The notes: generated by a model from the letters alone, not told the origin. Shown: positions 13,204 through 27,463, counted from the stretch's first letter. The stretch: DNA of 64,000 nucleotides from Octopus vulgaris (GCA_951406725.2 OX597830.1:9796001-9860000), one strand, 5' to 3'. Numbers and translations are program-made.

Positions 13204-13690
13204 CATTATTATCTCTATTATTATTGTTGCTGATGTTGTTGTTGTTTTTGTTGTTGTTGTTGTTGTTGTTGTTGTTATCTTTAGTAATGTAGTAGTAGTA
13301 GTAGTAGTAGCAGTTGTAGCAGTAATGTTGTGTGCCTTACTTTTTGCGAAATATTCTCCATTTATTTCCAAGACGTGAAATAATTCATTCTTTAGAACAA
13401 ATAATTCTATTTATCTTATCTTCCTTCTACATTCACATGTGCTGCTATCGCAACGATCTCTCTCTCTCTGGAATCGTACACTTATTCACATACCTCCACA
13501 CACACACACATACATACATACATACATACATACATACATACATAAAAAAGCAATTCTACATGTGTGCATATATGTGTGTGTGTGTGTGTGAATGTGTATA
13601 TGGATATGTCTCCACACATCCAAGCATGGGCATACATGTGTTTGTGTATGTATTGATATAAATATAAGTATAAACACACACACATACACG

Positions 13691-13765
<75 letters not shown>

Positions 13766-14329
13766 TCTGTAATACACATACCGTCAAACAGTGCTATATA
13801 TTTAAATATTCATCTATGAAACCTGTCACGCCGAAGGCCAAATTTACATAGAACCGTGCGCACATCCATGCATACATGTATACACCCATCCATCCATCCA
13901 TCTATACATACATACATACATACATACATACATACATACATACGTACGTACGTGTGTAAACAGAGCGACATGCATATACGATGGGGTGGGGGTAGAATGA
14001 GAAAGAGCAACGCGTACACGTACCCTGCTAAACGCAAAAACGTATGAACTGAGATGCAAAAATGCCTTTACATGAATACACGAATTAGCGTTTGATTCTG
14101 TCGATATGTACGCGCAATGCGCACGGTAATACGTACTAAGGCTTTCGGAGCCACAAACACATGAGTTCATACATACACTGATTCGCATACACGCACGCAC
14201 GCACACAGACACACACACAAACACACACACACACACACACACGTATATATATATTGTTACGTATACACAACTACAATGCAGAATTTTTTGGATCATTTCA
14301 ATGAAACATCTTCACACAATCGGATATAC

Positions 14330-14447
14330 TAGCATACATACAAACATACATACATACATACATACATATATACATACATGCATACATACATACAAACATA
14401 CATACATACAAACAAACATGCATACATTCATACATACATACATACAA

Positions 14448-14505
<58 letters not shown>

Positions 14506-14797
14506 ATACAGACATACATAGACGCATACATACAACCATACATGCATACAAACACACATACAAACATATAGACATACAGACACATACATGCATACAACGA
14601 TACACGCATACATAAAACCATACATACAAACATACATATATACATACAGACATACATAAATAGACACATACATACATACATACATACATAATATATATAT
14701 ATACATACATACATACATGCATACTTATATATACATACATATATACATACATATATACATACATATGCATACATTCATACGTACATACATACATACA

Positions 14798-14831
<34 letters not shown>

Positions 14832-14915
14832 CATACATATATACATACATATATAGATACATCCATACATGCATATTTATATACATACATGCTACTGTAC
14901 ACACACACACACGCA
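14330..14915. repeat. Degenerate (CATA)n/(TA)n low-complexity array
   Basis: Direct reading; source of many artefactual YVCM ORFs. Confidence 0.9.
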
Positions 14916-15671
14916 CATACAGTATATTCACGTGCTTATATTTAAATGTACGCAGAAATAAATATATAAACAGAAAGAAAACCGCACTTACATTCTCAGA
15001 GAAATTCTTGAGAAAATCATTAGGATTGGTTGAGCGACAGACGAAATGGTCGCGAAATATATTCATCACATTTGCTTGTGTTTTCAATTCAGATTCTGCT
15101 TGTGTCGAATTCGCCCTTCCTTCTTGAATGTTTTGTACTGAAAGTGCGAGTCACCTAACAGAAAATTGGAGTTGATTTATGAGCTCCAGTCGAGGAATAA
15201 TTGAACTACACCTCACACACACACACACACACACACACGTCCACGTGCGCATATACACAAGTCTTCACGAATGCACACACGCAGTCACACATGCACATAT
15301 ACACACACATACATTTCAAAGACGTGTAATTTGCTTGAAGCTTTGCTAGAAGCATTGTGTAAACAGGATAATTGTTTTGAAGATTTACGTACCACGGATT
15401 TCCTAAAGTTTATTACAGAAGCAGCCTTAACAGCAGTAGGCACTGTGTGGCCACTAGATATGCTAGAAATTGTCCTCATTTCTCACTCAAACTACGTTCG
15501 AGCGTCTTGAACCCATGTGTAATCTGAGGAACGTTAATCTTGAAAAACCATTGGTTTATCTTTTACTAATTCTCGCCAATTGTGACTGCGGCCATGCTGG
15601 ACCACCACCCTGAACGATTTTCATCGAACAAGTAGACCGTCGGGCTTGTTTTTTATTATATCCTAGCCACA

Positions 15672-15855
15672 CGTTGGATGTATAAATTACGCCGTGGGGG
15701 TTCAATTAATGTGTTCACACGACGTACTTCGCGAGACCCCCAAGACGCCCAAACAACGATTCATACCGAGCTCTACTCTTTATAAGGGTTCGGCTAGTCC
15801 ATTGTGACAAACCCCAGGGGGAGTCAATGACTCTCCCCACAACATTTCCCCCTTT
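15672..15855 (-). mobile_element. Short LTR (about 173 bp) with adjacent polypurine tract, nested in a SINE B copy
   Basis: Minus strand AAAGGGGGAAA (PPT-like) directly followed by TGTTG...CAACG (imperfect TGTTG/CAACA termini). Confidence 0.5.
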
Positions 15856-16077
15856 GAGACTAACTTCCGTTGGAAGTTAATAATATTTTTTTTTTTTCTT
15901 AGTAAGCCTAGTATTTATTTTATCCAACCGTTTTGCCGAACCGCTGTGTTACGTGGACGTAAAAGCACCAACATTGGTTGTCGAGCGGTGGCGGAGATAG
16001 ACTCAGGCATAAAGACACGCGTGCACACACACATACACAGACAAACATCTATCTATCCATCTATCTAAATATGTATT

Positions 16078-16479
16078 ATTCTTTACTCTTTTACTTGTTT
16101 CAGTCATTTGACTGTGGCCATGCTGGAGCACCGCCTTTAGTCGAGCAAATCGACCCAGGACTTATTTTTTGTAAGCCTAGTACTTATTCTATCGGTCTCT
16201 TTTGCCGAACCGCTAAGTGACGGGGACGTAAACACACCAGTATCGGTTGTCAAGCGATGTTAGCGGTTACAAACACAGACACACAAACATATACACACAC
16301 ACATACATATGTATTATACATATATATACGACAGACTTCTTTCAGTTTCCGTCTACGGAATCCACTCACAGGGCTTTGGTTAGCCCGAGACTATAGTAGA
16401 AGACACTTGCCCAAGGTGCCACGCAGTTAAACTGAACCCGGAACCATGTGGTTTGTAAGCAAGCTACTTATCACACAGC

Positions 16480-16483
<4 letters not shown>
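16078..16483 (-). mobile_element. SINE family B (another degenerate copy at about 15578-16050)
   Basis: Reverse complement of 3375-3792. Confidence 0.9.
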
Positions 16484-16526
<43 letters not shown>

Positions 16527-16528
<2 letters not shown>

Positions 16529-16864
16529 AAAAAACACCTTTTATCAATTCAAAATGAACAATTAAATTACACCATCTAGAAAATTACATATAATATAAAT
16601 ATAATATAATATATAGCAAATATATACGTTTTTATTATTATTTTGCAATTTACTTAACCATCGGTATATTATTGTTATTTTAATTTTAGTATTTCTATTA
16701 TATGTAATTTCGTAAATGGTGTAATTTAATTGTTCATTTTGAATTGATAAATGGTGTTTTTTTCAAATTTTATATATATATATATATATGTTATATTTTG
16801 TGAAATTTGATTTAGTATTTCTAAATTGAATTTTTCCCTGTAAGTTAGGAATAATATTCCCTCA

Positions 16865-16865
<1 letters not shown>
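16527..16865. mobile_element. PLE-type fold-back module (inverted arms plus one-sided tail) in (TA)n
   Basis: AAAACACCTTTTATCAATTCAAAATGAACAATTAAATTACACCAT inverted at about 16715-16763; same family at 45850-46010. Confidence 0.55.
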
Positions 16866-16896
<31 letters not shown>

Positions 16897-16939
16897 TATT
16901 ATTATTATTGATAATGATAATTATTATTATTGTCATTAT

Positions 16940-17039
<100 letters not shown>

Positions 17040-17046
17040 CTATATG

Positions 17047-17077
<31 letters not shown>

Positions 17078-17078
17078 G

Positions 17079-17109
<31 letters not shown>

Positions 17110-17452
17110 GTATATATATATGTATATATATATATATGAATGTATGTATATATATATATATATTTATATATATACGACGTGCTCCTTTCAGGTTGCGTCT
17201 ATCACTCATGTGGCTTTGGCCGGCCCGAGGAGACAGTAGAAGACACTTCTCTAAGATGTCACACAGCAAGACTGAACCCGGAAGCATGTGCTTGAGAAGC
17301 AAGCATCTTACCACGCAGCCTATATCTTCAATCATTAACCAAAACTACTAAAATGATGCACAACAAGAGATCCCTTAATGAACGGCAAAAGCGATGACAG
17401 CGGCACAGCCGTTTAAGATAGGGAGGTTTGATAATATTCCAATGATTTCTTG

Positions 17453-17713
17453 AAGGCGGTGAGCTGGCAGAAACGTTAGCACGCCGGGTGAATTGCTTAG
17501 CGATATTTCGTCTGCCGCTAGGTTCTGAGTTCAAATTCCGCCGAGGTCGACTTTGCCTTTCATCCTTTCGGTGTCGATTAAATAAGTACCAGTTACATAT
17601 TGGGGTCGATATAATCGACTTAACCCGTTTGTCTGTACTTGTTTTTCTCCTCTAGGTGTAGCCCCTTGTGGGTAGTAAAGAAATAGGTATTTCGTCTGTT
17701 TTTAGTTTCTGAG
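17453..17713 (+). mobile_element. SINE family A
   Basis: AAGGCGGTGAGCTGGCAGAAACGTTAGCACGCCGG head. Confidence 0.9.
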
Positions 17714-17812
17714 TATATATATATATGGAATTTATAGAAAAACAAAAGACGAAGACAGGTGTATTATCAACGAGCAGGTGTATTAGTTTGACGCGAGGGA
17801 AGGCGGAAAAGT

Positions 17813-17848
17813 CTTTTACGCTTCGAGCCTACGCTCTTCAACATAAAG
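17813..17848 (-). ncRNA. Decayed minimal type I hammerhead motif
   Basis: CUUU-AUGUUGA-A-GAGC-GUAG-GCUC-GAAG-CG-UA-AAAG; stems intact, core substitutions present. Confidence 0.45.
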
Positions 17849-17910
17849 GAATATGAGAAAATAAACACAGTGAAAAAATTAAAAAAGACTTGTGGATATA
17901 TATATATATA

Positions 17911-18406
<496 letters not shown>

Positions 18407-19019
18407 AAGAAGCATGGCCATTTTATGAACTCATTACGAAAGAAAAAAAATGGCCATAATAATATGTGAATGTTTATTATGAACTTTTGGACATACTTGT
18501 GTCAGGGAAGTATAAGACTTTTTCAAATATTAAACAAAATTTATTTTATTTTTTAAAATATTTTAATCGTCTGATAAAACATTTTAGGCGGTGGACATTT
18601 ATTTTATTTTATTTTATTTTTATCTTTATTTTATATATGTCTAAAAGGATTTTTGGTAGTTTATGAATTGATAGTCGTGTATATTTAACTTTTTGATAGG
18701 CCGTTCTATTTGTATCTTATTCCATCATATACTTCTACCTTCTGTGATTTTATGTATATGTATTATTTTTTTATGTGTTTGAAAACCATGGTGATTTTTC
18801 TATATGATTAAAATATTTGAGGGTTGGTGTTGTATATAAAGTCATGAACCCAAATTCAATATTTGTTCGATAACCAATGCTTCTTTATCTTCGTCATTTA
18901 TATTTGAACACTTCTGCAGTCCTCTAAACCGTTTTGTTTCTGTAAAAGGAGACAAATATTATATCTTGTTGTTTCTTATTGTATATATATATATATATGT
19001 ATGTATGTATATATGTATG

Positions 19020-19053
<34 letters not shown>

Positions 19054-20149
19054 TGTATGTATGTATGTATGTATGCACGTATGTATATATGTGTGTGTGT
19101 GCAAGTGTGTGTGTGTGTAGTACGAGAAAATGGCTGAACGGATTAATAACCGGAGTCTATTTGTATTAGAAAAGGATTACATGAAGAAGAATATTCCATA
19201 TTGATAAGAGTGTGCTGTCTTGAATTGAAGGACTCAGAGCGTCGATTAATCTACTTCCATATCTTTTAAACGCCCGGGATCATAATAATACTCCCTATTG
19301 AACTAAACCCCTTCCGTCGCAGGTTTGTCCAAGTTTCCAGCTGACTGGACTAGACTATCATTGGAATAAAGTCCTGGAATCAAAACAGCACTCTAACCAC
19401 TAGGCTACTTGAATTCGCCATATTTTATATCAGCTCGGTAAATAACACTTTCAATACAACAAAACAGGTTGTAGTGAAGAATTCGTAAATCGCAGTTCTT
19501 ATAATGCGGCTCTCTGCGGTGCTTCAAGATTGCATCAGCCATTGAAAGACAAAGAAATATCAGGAATGGCATAAAACTATATTTTCGTCTTAGAAGTCTA
19601 TTTTCCACAAGTCAGATCAGTATTAATTAATTTAGAAAGATTAGAATAGCTCTAATTAGAATGGAATATATATAATTAATTAAATAAAATAACTCAAATT
19701 TCTTTCAATTCATTTGAAAATCCGAAATTTGATTGCTCAATATTTCCTAGAAAATTAACACGTAATTATATTGATTAACATATCAAACAAATTGTTGTAA
19801 ATATTGAAACTCAAAAGAAACGTAAAAAAAAAGAAACAATTAAAAATAGATTTATTATTTCAAACAACACGGGAATTACTGGAACAAAGACAAAATAGAT
19901 CAGTTTTGGCTATATGGGTTTTGGGTGTGTTTATGTGCATGTGTGTGTCAGTGAATGTGCGTGTGTTGGGTGTGTATGTGTGTGTGTGTGTGTGTGAATG
20001 TGCGTGTTCACACGCACACACAAATGTACATACACTTATACAATATATGTATATATAGATTAGATACATAAATAGATAGTAAGATTATATGCATAAGTTT
20101 ATATGTTCATACATATTCATACGTATGCACACACACACACAAACACACG

Positions 20150-20264
<115 letters not shown>

Positions 20265-20291
20265 ATAAACATATACATATACATATACATA

Positions 20292-20590
20292 CGGCGAGCT
20301 TGCAGGAACGCTAGCACACCGGGCGAAATGCTTAGCGCTATTTCGTCTGCCGTTACGTTCTGAGATCAAATTCCACCGAGGACGACTTTGCCTTTCATCC
20401 TTTCGAGGTCGATTAAATAAGTACCAATTACGCACTGGGGTCGACGTAATCGACTTAATCCCTTGTTTGTCCCCTCTATGTTTAGTCCTTCGGGGGTCGA
20501 TAAATTAAGTACTAGTTCCGTACTGGGGTCGATCTAATCGACTGGTCCCCGCCCCCAAAATTTTGGGCCTTGTTCCTAGAGTCGACAAGA
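20292..20590 (+). mobile_element. SINE family A with duplicated 3' part
   Basis: Head plus repeated GGGGTCGATAAATTAAGTAC. Confidence 0.85.
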
Positions 20591-21006
20591 TTATTATTAT
20601 TGTTATTTCATACACGCACAACTTATATTGTTAGAAACATAAATAACTTATATTTATTCGGCTACATTTATTGGTTAAGTAAACCTTAGAGGCCAAGAAC
20701 CCTCCTAAGAATCCTAGTTGCCCCTAATAACATTGGTTTTTTTTTTTAAGCCAGAAGTAAATGGTTCTCCGTCAGTTGAGATGACGAGTGTCTCAGTGGA
20801 TCCGATCGTGAATCTGCTCGTGAAATTAACGAGCAAGTAGCTGAGCAATCCACATACACACATACCCTTCACGCAGTTCCCACGGATATTCGGCGTGAGA
20901 CAGAGTGTGACAAGGTGTGCTTATTGGAATTCTGTGCAGAACACGTTTTGTCATCTGAAATTTTGAAACACCCTTTATACATACATACATACATACATAC
21001 ATACAT

Positions 21007-21089
<83 letters not shown>

Positions 21090-21092
<3 letters not shown>

Positions 21093-21290
21093 TGGTAGAA
21101 ATGGTAAGACAACAAAAGAATGAAAGAGACCTCGATATTATGTAAATACAGGAATTTATCTGTAAATGTAATATGTGACAATTATTCGGTAGCCATGATT
21201 AAACTCCGAGTTTCGGATGTCGTGGTGGAAATCAACGCCGCCATCTCCTCACTTATCCAGCCATCGGATAATTGTCACATATTACATATA
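21090..21290 (-). mobile_element. PLE-type module with degenerate hammerhead (21197-21257)
   Basis: GUGAGGA-GAUG...CAUC-C-GAAA-CUC-G-GAG-UU; short inverted arm at 21265-21290; related copy at 39825-40037. Confidence 0.5.
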
Positions 21291-21320
21291 CAGATATATA
21301 TTTATATATATATATATATA

Positions 21321-21553
21321 CTTTATTTAAAGCAGCAGAAAATTCAACAAAACCTGTTACTCTGAGTTTCCCGTTGCCGTTCATCGGACAGTTTTTGCTA
21401 GAAAACTGCAAAAACTGTCCGATGAACGGCAACGTGAAACTCAGAGTAACAGGTTTTGTTGAATTTTCTGCTGCTTTAAATAAAGCATTTAACTCTACCA
21501 CTGGCATTTGAGTACTCTTTTTCCACCTTGTTTCACATTTATGTGTTTACTCC

Positions 21554-21556
<3 letters not shown>
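21321..21556. mobile_element. Fold-back PLE-type module: 78-bp inverted arms each carrying a hammerhead, plus tail
   Basis: Arms 21321-21398 and 21408-21485, 9-nt loop, tail 21486-21556, flanked by (TA)n. Confidence 0.8.
21411..21457 (+). ncRNA. Minimal type I hammerhead ribozyme motif (U4C core)
   Basis: CUGU-CCGAUGA-ACG-GCAA-CGU-GAAA-CUC-A-GAG-UA-ACAG; predicted cleavage after 21448. Confidence 0.7.
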
Positions 21557-21618
<62 letters not shown>

Positions 21619-21750
21619 TAAGTAATTTGGGTTCAGCAACGATTTGCCTCACCACACCTTGAATTGGTCTTTTACATGCCAAATTCTACTTGGTGAAATT
21701 ACTGATTACTTCTTAATTAATTAATTTCACCCTTTGTTATTATTTATTTA

Positions 21751-21786
<36 letters not shown>

Positions 21787-22443
21787 CATATATATATACA
21801 TGTGTGTGTATGTGTGTGTGTGTGTGTGTGTAAGAAAGATAAAAGATGGAATTTTCTTCTTTCATATTATTTTACCAAATCATCCTTACGTTCCAAACAT
21901 TTCGGTACCCAGAAAAAAGAAATGGTAACTAACCACAATATTGACATTATGAATTTGGTATCATCTCTATCTTTCACGTATTTCAGATGCAAACTATTGA
22001 ATTTTCTCATCGAATATTTTTGCAGCTTTTTGTTTTCTGCCTATCTTTCTTTTTTTGCCAGTGAAACGCACCAAGATCAATAATCTACACGTGAGTTTGG
22101 CGATTAGTTTCTAAAATTAAATCATGTCTACTTGCAGATGATGTTTTTTCTTTGTTTTTTTTTTTATTTGTGCGTGCAACAGATATAAGATACACCTCAG
22201 GAACTGGGTTTTTTTTTTGTCATTCCCCAGTGAATATACATGTGTGTATGTGTTTGTGTTTGTGTGTGTGTGTGTGTGCTTGTGTGTGTGTGCGTGTGCG
22301 TTTGTGTGTTTGTGCGTGAACCTGTATGTATGTATGTATGTATGTATGTATATATGTATGGTTATACAATATAAACTATACATACACAGATATAAGTATA
22401 TACCGATATCTATCTATTGAATCAAATGATCTACAAAACTGTA

Positions 22444-22511
<68 letters not shown>

Positions 22512-22526
22512 AATACATGCATACTT

Positions 22527-22567
<41 letters not shown>

Positions 22568-22605
22568 CACATATGCATACACATGCACATGCGCGCCCGC
22601 ACACA

Positions 22606-23115
22606 CAGAGTAATCCCTCGCCATATCGCGTTTCACTTATCGCGGTTCGCCTATCGCGGTTTAATATTTAAGTTTACGTCGATTCCTCCGTGGTGTTGTT
22701 TTACATTTATAATAAAATAATTATATACAATAAGAAATACTGAATTTCTAAATCTCTCGTAGAGACATGTACGGTGGTGGGGCGATAGAATGGTTGTATA
22801 CTGTCAATCTAACACGAACGTGACAGTAGGTGGGGTACACCACCGCTGTATAGCCCTAGGAAGCATCGAACGCCTCCTGATGGGAAAAATTCGTCGAAGC
22901 CGTCAGGAGGCGTTCGATGCTTCCTAGGGCTATACAGCGGTGGTGTACCCCCCCTACTGCCACCTTCGTGTTAGATTGACAGTATACAACCAATTATATA
23001 CAAATTATACAAATAATAAAAAAAAATCATGCAGTACTGTTTCTCCTTCGTGAATTCTCAGCTATCGCGGGGTATTTTGGAACGTAATACCCGCGATAGT
23101 CGAGGGAATATTTGT
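22606..23115. mobile_element. pogo/Tigger-like MITE
   Basis: Ends GTAATCCCTCGCCATATCGCG / CGCGATAGTCGAGGGAATA with subterminal TATCGCGG repeats. Confidence 0.6.
22791..22992. repeat. GC-rich near-perfect palindrome (about 93-bp arms, 16-nt loop) inside the MITE
   Basis: TGGTTGTATACTGTCAATCTAACACGAA...CCTGATGG / CCGTCAGG...TTAGATTGACAGTATACAACCA. Confidence 0.9.
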
Positions 23116-23284
23116 ATATTGTATATATCTCTCTCTTTTACTCTTTTACTTGTTTCAGTTATTTGACTGTGGCCATGCTGGAGCACCGCCTTTAATCGAG
23201 CAAATCGACCGCAGGACTCAATTCTTTGTAAGCCTAGTACTTATTCTATCGGTCTCTTTTGCCGAACCGCTAAGTGTGCTTCAT

Positions 23285-23910
23285 TAATAACTATTCGGAC
23301 TGTTGCCATAGAACGATGCTAAAGCATCCAGAGTAAAGCCTACGCAGAGGAGGCCTACGCAAAGTTGCAGAAAGTGTATGGAGAGGAGTGTATAAACCGC
23401 ACACAAGTGTATGAGTTGCTCAGATGCTTCCAAAATAGCTGAAAAAATGACGACATTGACGAACGTTCTGAGAGACCAGCAACAAGCAGAACTGAGAAAA
23501 ACATGGCAAATGTAGGTGAATCTGTGAGGAGAAATCGTCGAATCACTTTCCTTGAGATATCAGAGGATGTGCAGATTAGCTGCGGTCCAGTTCGGGCTAT
23601 TATCACTGAATACTTCGATAGGAGGCGCGTGTCTGCCAACTTTGCGCCGAAACTGATTTCAGCTGGCCAAGAAGATACTCGGGTTTCAGTTGCACAAGAT
23701 CTCCTTGGATGTGTGGAGAACAATGAAAGCTCATTGAAAACTTTGCGTAGGCCCCTGAGCAGGTATCGCCAAGCTTTTGGCAAAATTTCATGCAGATTCT
23801 CTGCTCACCTTTCTCTGTCATGGTCAATGCGATGAGCGCACGCTAAACACTTTACTTCTAAATCCTGTTTTAAATAGCAGAAGGGTGCTAGAACGTTAAA
23901 ACTTAAACGT
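23285..23910. mobile_element. Mariner-like transposon remnant with internal inversion
   Basis: N-terminus EQRICMKFCQKLG...AYAK on minus (23745-23827); continuation AYAKLQKVYGEECINRTQVYE...NRRITFLEISEDVQIS...APKLIS on plus (23352-23735). Confidence 0.85.
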
Positions 23911-23948
23911 TATACACAAATGCAAGCATACATACATACATACATACA

Positions 23949-24025
<77 letters not shown>

Positions 24026-24390
24026 TCATATATATTTTCTTTTCTACTCTAGGCACAAGGCCCGAATTTTTTAGGGAGGATCGATCCCAGTACGCAACTG
24101 GTACTTAACTCATCGACCCCCAAGAGGATGAATGGCACAGTGGAACTCAGAACATAAAGACAGACGAAATGCCGTAGGGAGATAAACATCTAGATATATG
24201 GATATATATTCATATTTAAGTACACACAAACACACACAGGCATACACCCTCGCACACATAACATACATAAACAATAAACTTATAGTGATAACGTGCCCAA
24301 CTATTCATTGCACATCAGCATTATATACGACTATATATGTACGTGCGGGTGTGTGTGTGTGCGTGTGTATATATATATATATGTATTTGT

Positions 24391-24430
<40 letters not shown>

Positions 24431-24570
24431 CGGAGATGTACTCGCATAGCAAGTAATTTGATCTGAGATCGTGTGCTGAAACGAAAACAATTGCAGCGTG
24501 GAAGGTGTTTATAAGCCATTTAAGAAACACACAAAAGCCGTTCGATTCACTTCAACATTTAAGTTTAATT

Positions 24571-24613
24571 TGTCAAAATATTTTCGTCGCTAAAATCCGC
24601 GACCTGTTCACTG

Positions 24614-24615
<2 letters not shown>
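24571..24615 (-). ncRNA. Hammerhead-like motif with G3-C8 core
   Basis: CA-GUGAACA-G-GUCGC-GGAUUUUA-GCGAC-GAAA-AUAU-UU-UG; palindromic stem III AAUAUU; stem I truncated by (TA)n. Confidence 0.55.
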
Positions 24616-24702
<87 letters not shown>

Positions 24703-24774
24703 TATGTATATATATACAGATACATACATATATGTACATGTATATATATATATATATACAAGTACACACACACA

Positions 24775-24852
<78 letters not shown>

Positions 24853-25644
24853 CGCGTATAGAATGCTAATGTGCAATGAATATGTTGGCAAGTTATCACT
24901 ATAAACTTATTGTACATATATGTGTGTGTGCTTTGTTTGTACTTAAACATGAATATATCTGCATGTATCTATGTATATCTCCCTACATATAAAAACATAC
25001 ATACAGATACACACATACGCATATACACAGATATTCATATTTAGTATATAGCGTATATAAACAGGTGTAAAATGTCGTGGACAAGCGTGCGAGCCCTTTG
25101 CAAAAATGAACTTAAATACTTACTCATTGAATTTCGCTTGTGAAGTGGCTGAGTACTCCGCAGCCTCATATGTCCGTAGTATAATTCGCATATTCAAACA
25201 TTTCGTACAAACTGTATCTGGACCAATTAATTACTGGTACATTCAATCCCTTGGGTTTCATTTCCGGTACTGTCGACCCAGTTTCCGTCAGGAGATTTGG
25301 TTGCACAAGAGATTATGGTAACTCTCACTTGCCGAAGATGTCTTGGAATATTTGGTAAGCGAAATCCTTAAACGATATATTGTGCCCAAGCAAATAACCT
25401 ACTGCTCGATAACCTCAGCTGAGCTCGTGACCCAGCGATCGTCAGTCCTCAATGCACTCAATCCATACAGACATGTGAACTCACTCACCCGTATATTCAT
25501 AAATATATGCATAGATATACAAGTAGATAGTTCGATCGATAAAAAGCGAGACTGACAGAGAAAGAGAGATATTATTTCACTTGAGAGCTAATTAACCTTC
25601 AAGAAAATTAGAAAGATCAATCGAAAGATGGACTGGATAAAAGC

Positions 25645-25724
25645 ATAGATATATAAATAAAGAGATAGACAGACACATATACATACATGCATACATATAT
25701 ACAAACATAGATACATACATAGAA

Positions 25725-25765
<41 letters not shown>

Positions 25766-25848
25766 TATATATATATAAATAAAGAGATAGACAGACACAT
25801 ATACATACATGCATACATACATACAAACATAGATACATACATAGAAAT

Positions 25849-25885
<37 letters not shown>

Positions 25886-25954
25886 AATAAAGAGATAGAC
25901 AGACACATATACATACATGCATACATATATACAAACATAGATACATACATAGAA

Positions 25955-26003
<49 letters not shown>

Positions 26004-26072
26004 AATAAAGAGATAGACAGACACATATACATACATGCTTACATATATACAAACATAGATACATACATAGAA

Positions 26073-26117
<45 letters not shown>
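25645..26117. repeat. Composite minisatellite, 4 units of about 110-120 bp
   Basis: ATAAATAAAGAGATAGACAGACACATATACATACATGC...(CA)n(TA)n repeated four times. Confidence 0.9.
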
Positions 26118-26350
26118 AATTTCTTTACTACCCACAAGTGGTTAAACACAGAGAGGACAAACAAGGACAGACACATGGATTAAGTCGATTATATCGACCC
26201 CAGTGCGTAACTGGTACTTATTTAATCGACCCCGAAAGGATGAAAGGCAAGGTCGATCTCGGTGGAATTCGAACTCAGAATGTAGCGACAGATGAATAAC
26301 TGCTAAGCATTTCGCCCGGCATGCTAACGATTCTGCCAGCTCGCCGCCTT
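26118..26350 (-). mobile_element. SINE family A
   Basis: Ends CTGCCAGCTCGCCGCCTT (head, minus strand). Confidence 0.9.
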
Positions 26351-26372
26351 CACATATATATATATATATAAG

Positions 26373-26678
26373 TGGAGGCGCAATGACCCAGTAGTTAGGG
26401 CAGCGGACTCGCGGTCGGAGGATCGCGGTTTCCATTACCAAACTGGGCGTTGTGTATATTTATTGAGCGAAAACACCTAAAGCTCCACGAGCCTCCGGCA
26501 GGGCGTGGTGGCGACCCCTGTTGTACTCTTTTGCCCCAACTTTCTCTCACTCTTTCTTCTTGTTTCTTGAGTAACGCTGCGCTGGACTGGCGTCCCGTCC
26601 AGCTGGGGTGGAACCCATACTCCACAGAAATCGGGAAACTGGGCCCATGAGCCTGGCTAGGCTTGAAAAGGGCGCATA
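26373..26678 (+). mobile_element. tRNA-derived SINE family C head with alternative (V-domain-like) 3' part
   Basis: GGAGGCGCAATGACCCAGTAGTTAGGGCAGCGGACTCG head as at 56183; 3' GCGCTGGACTGGCGTCCCGTCCAG. Confidence 0.8.
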
Positions 26679-26696
26679 AATATATAAAATATATAT

Positions 26697-27285
<589 letters not shown>

Positions 27286-27359
27286 GTATGGATGTATGCA
27301 TGTAGACAGAGAGTGAGCGGCAGAGACAGAGAGAGTAATGGAGAGAGTGGTGACTAAAA

Positions 27360-27376
27360 GATAGATAGATAGATAT

Positions 27377-27409
<33 letters not shown>

Positions 27410-27463
27410 AAGAAAGATAGAAAGAAAGAAAGAAAGATAGAAAGAAGGAAAGAAACAAAGAAG

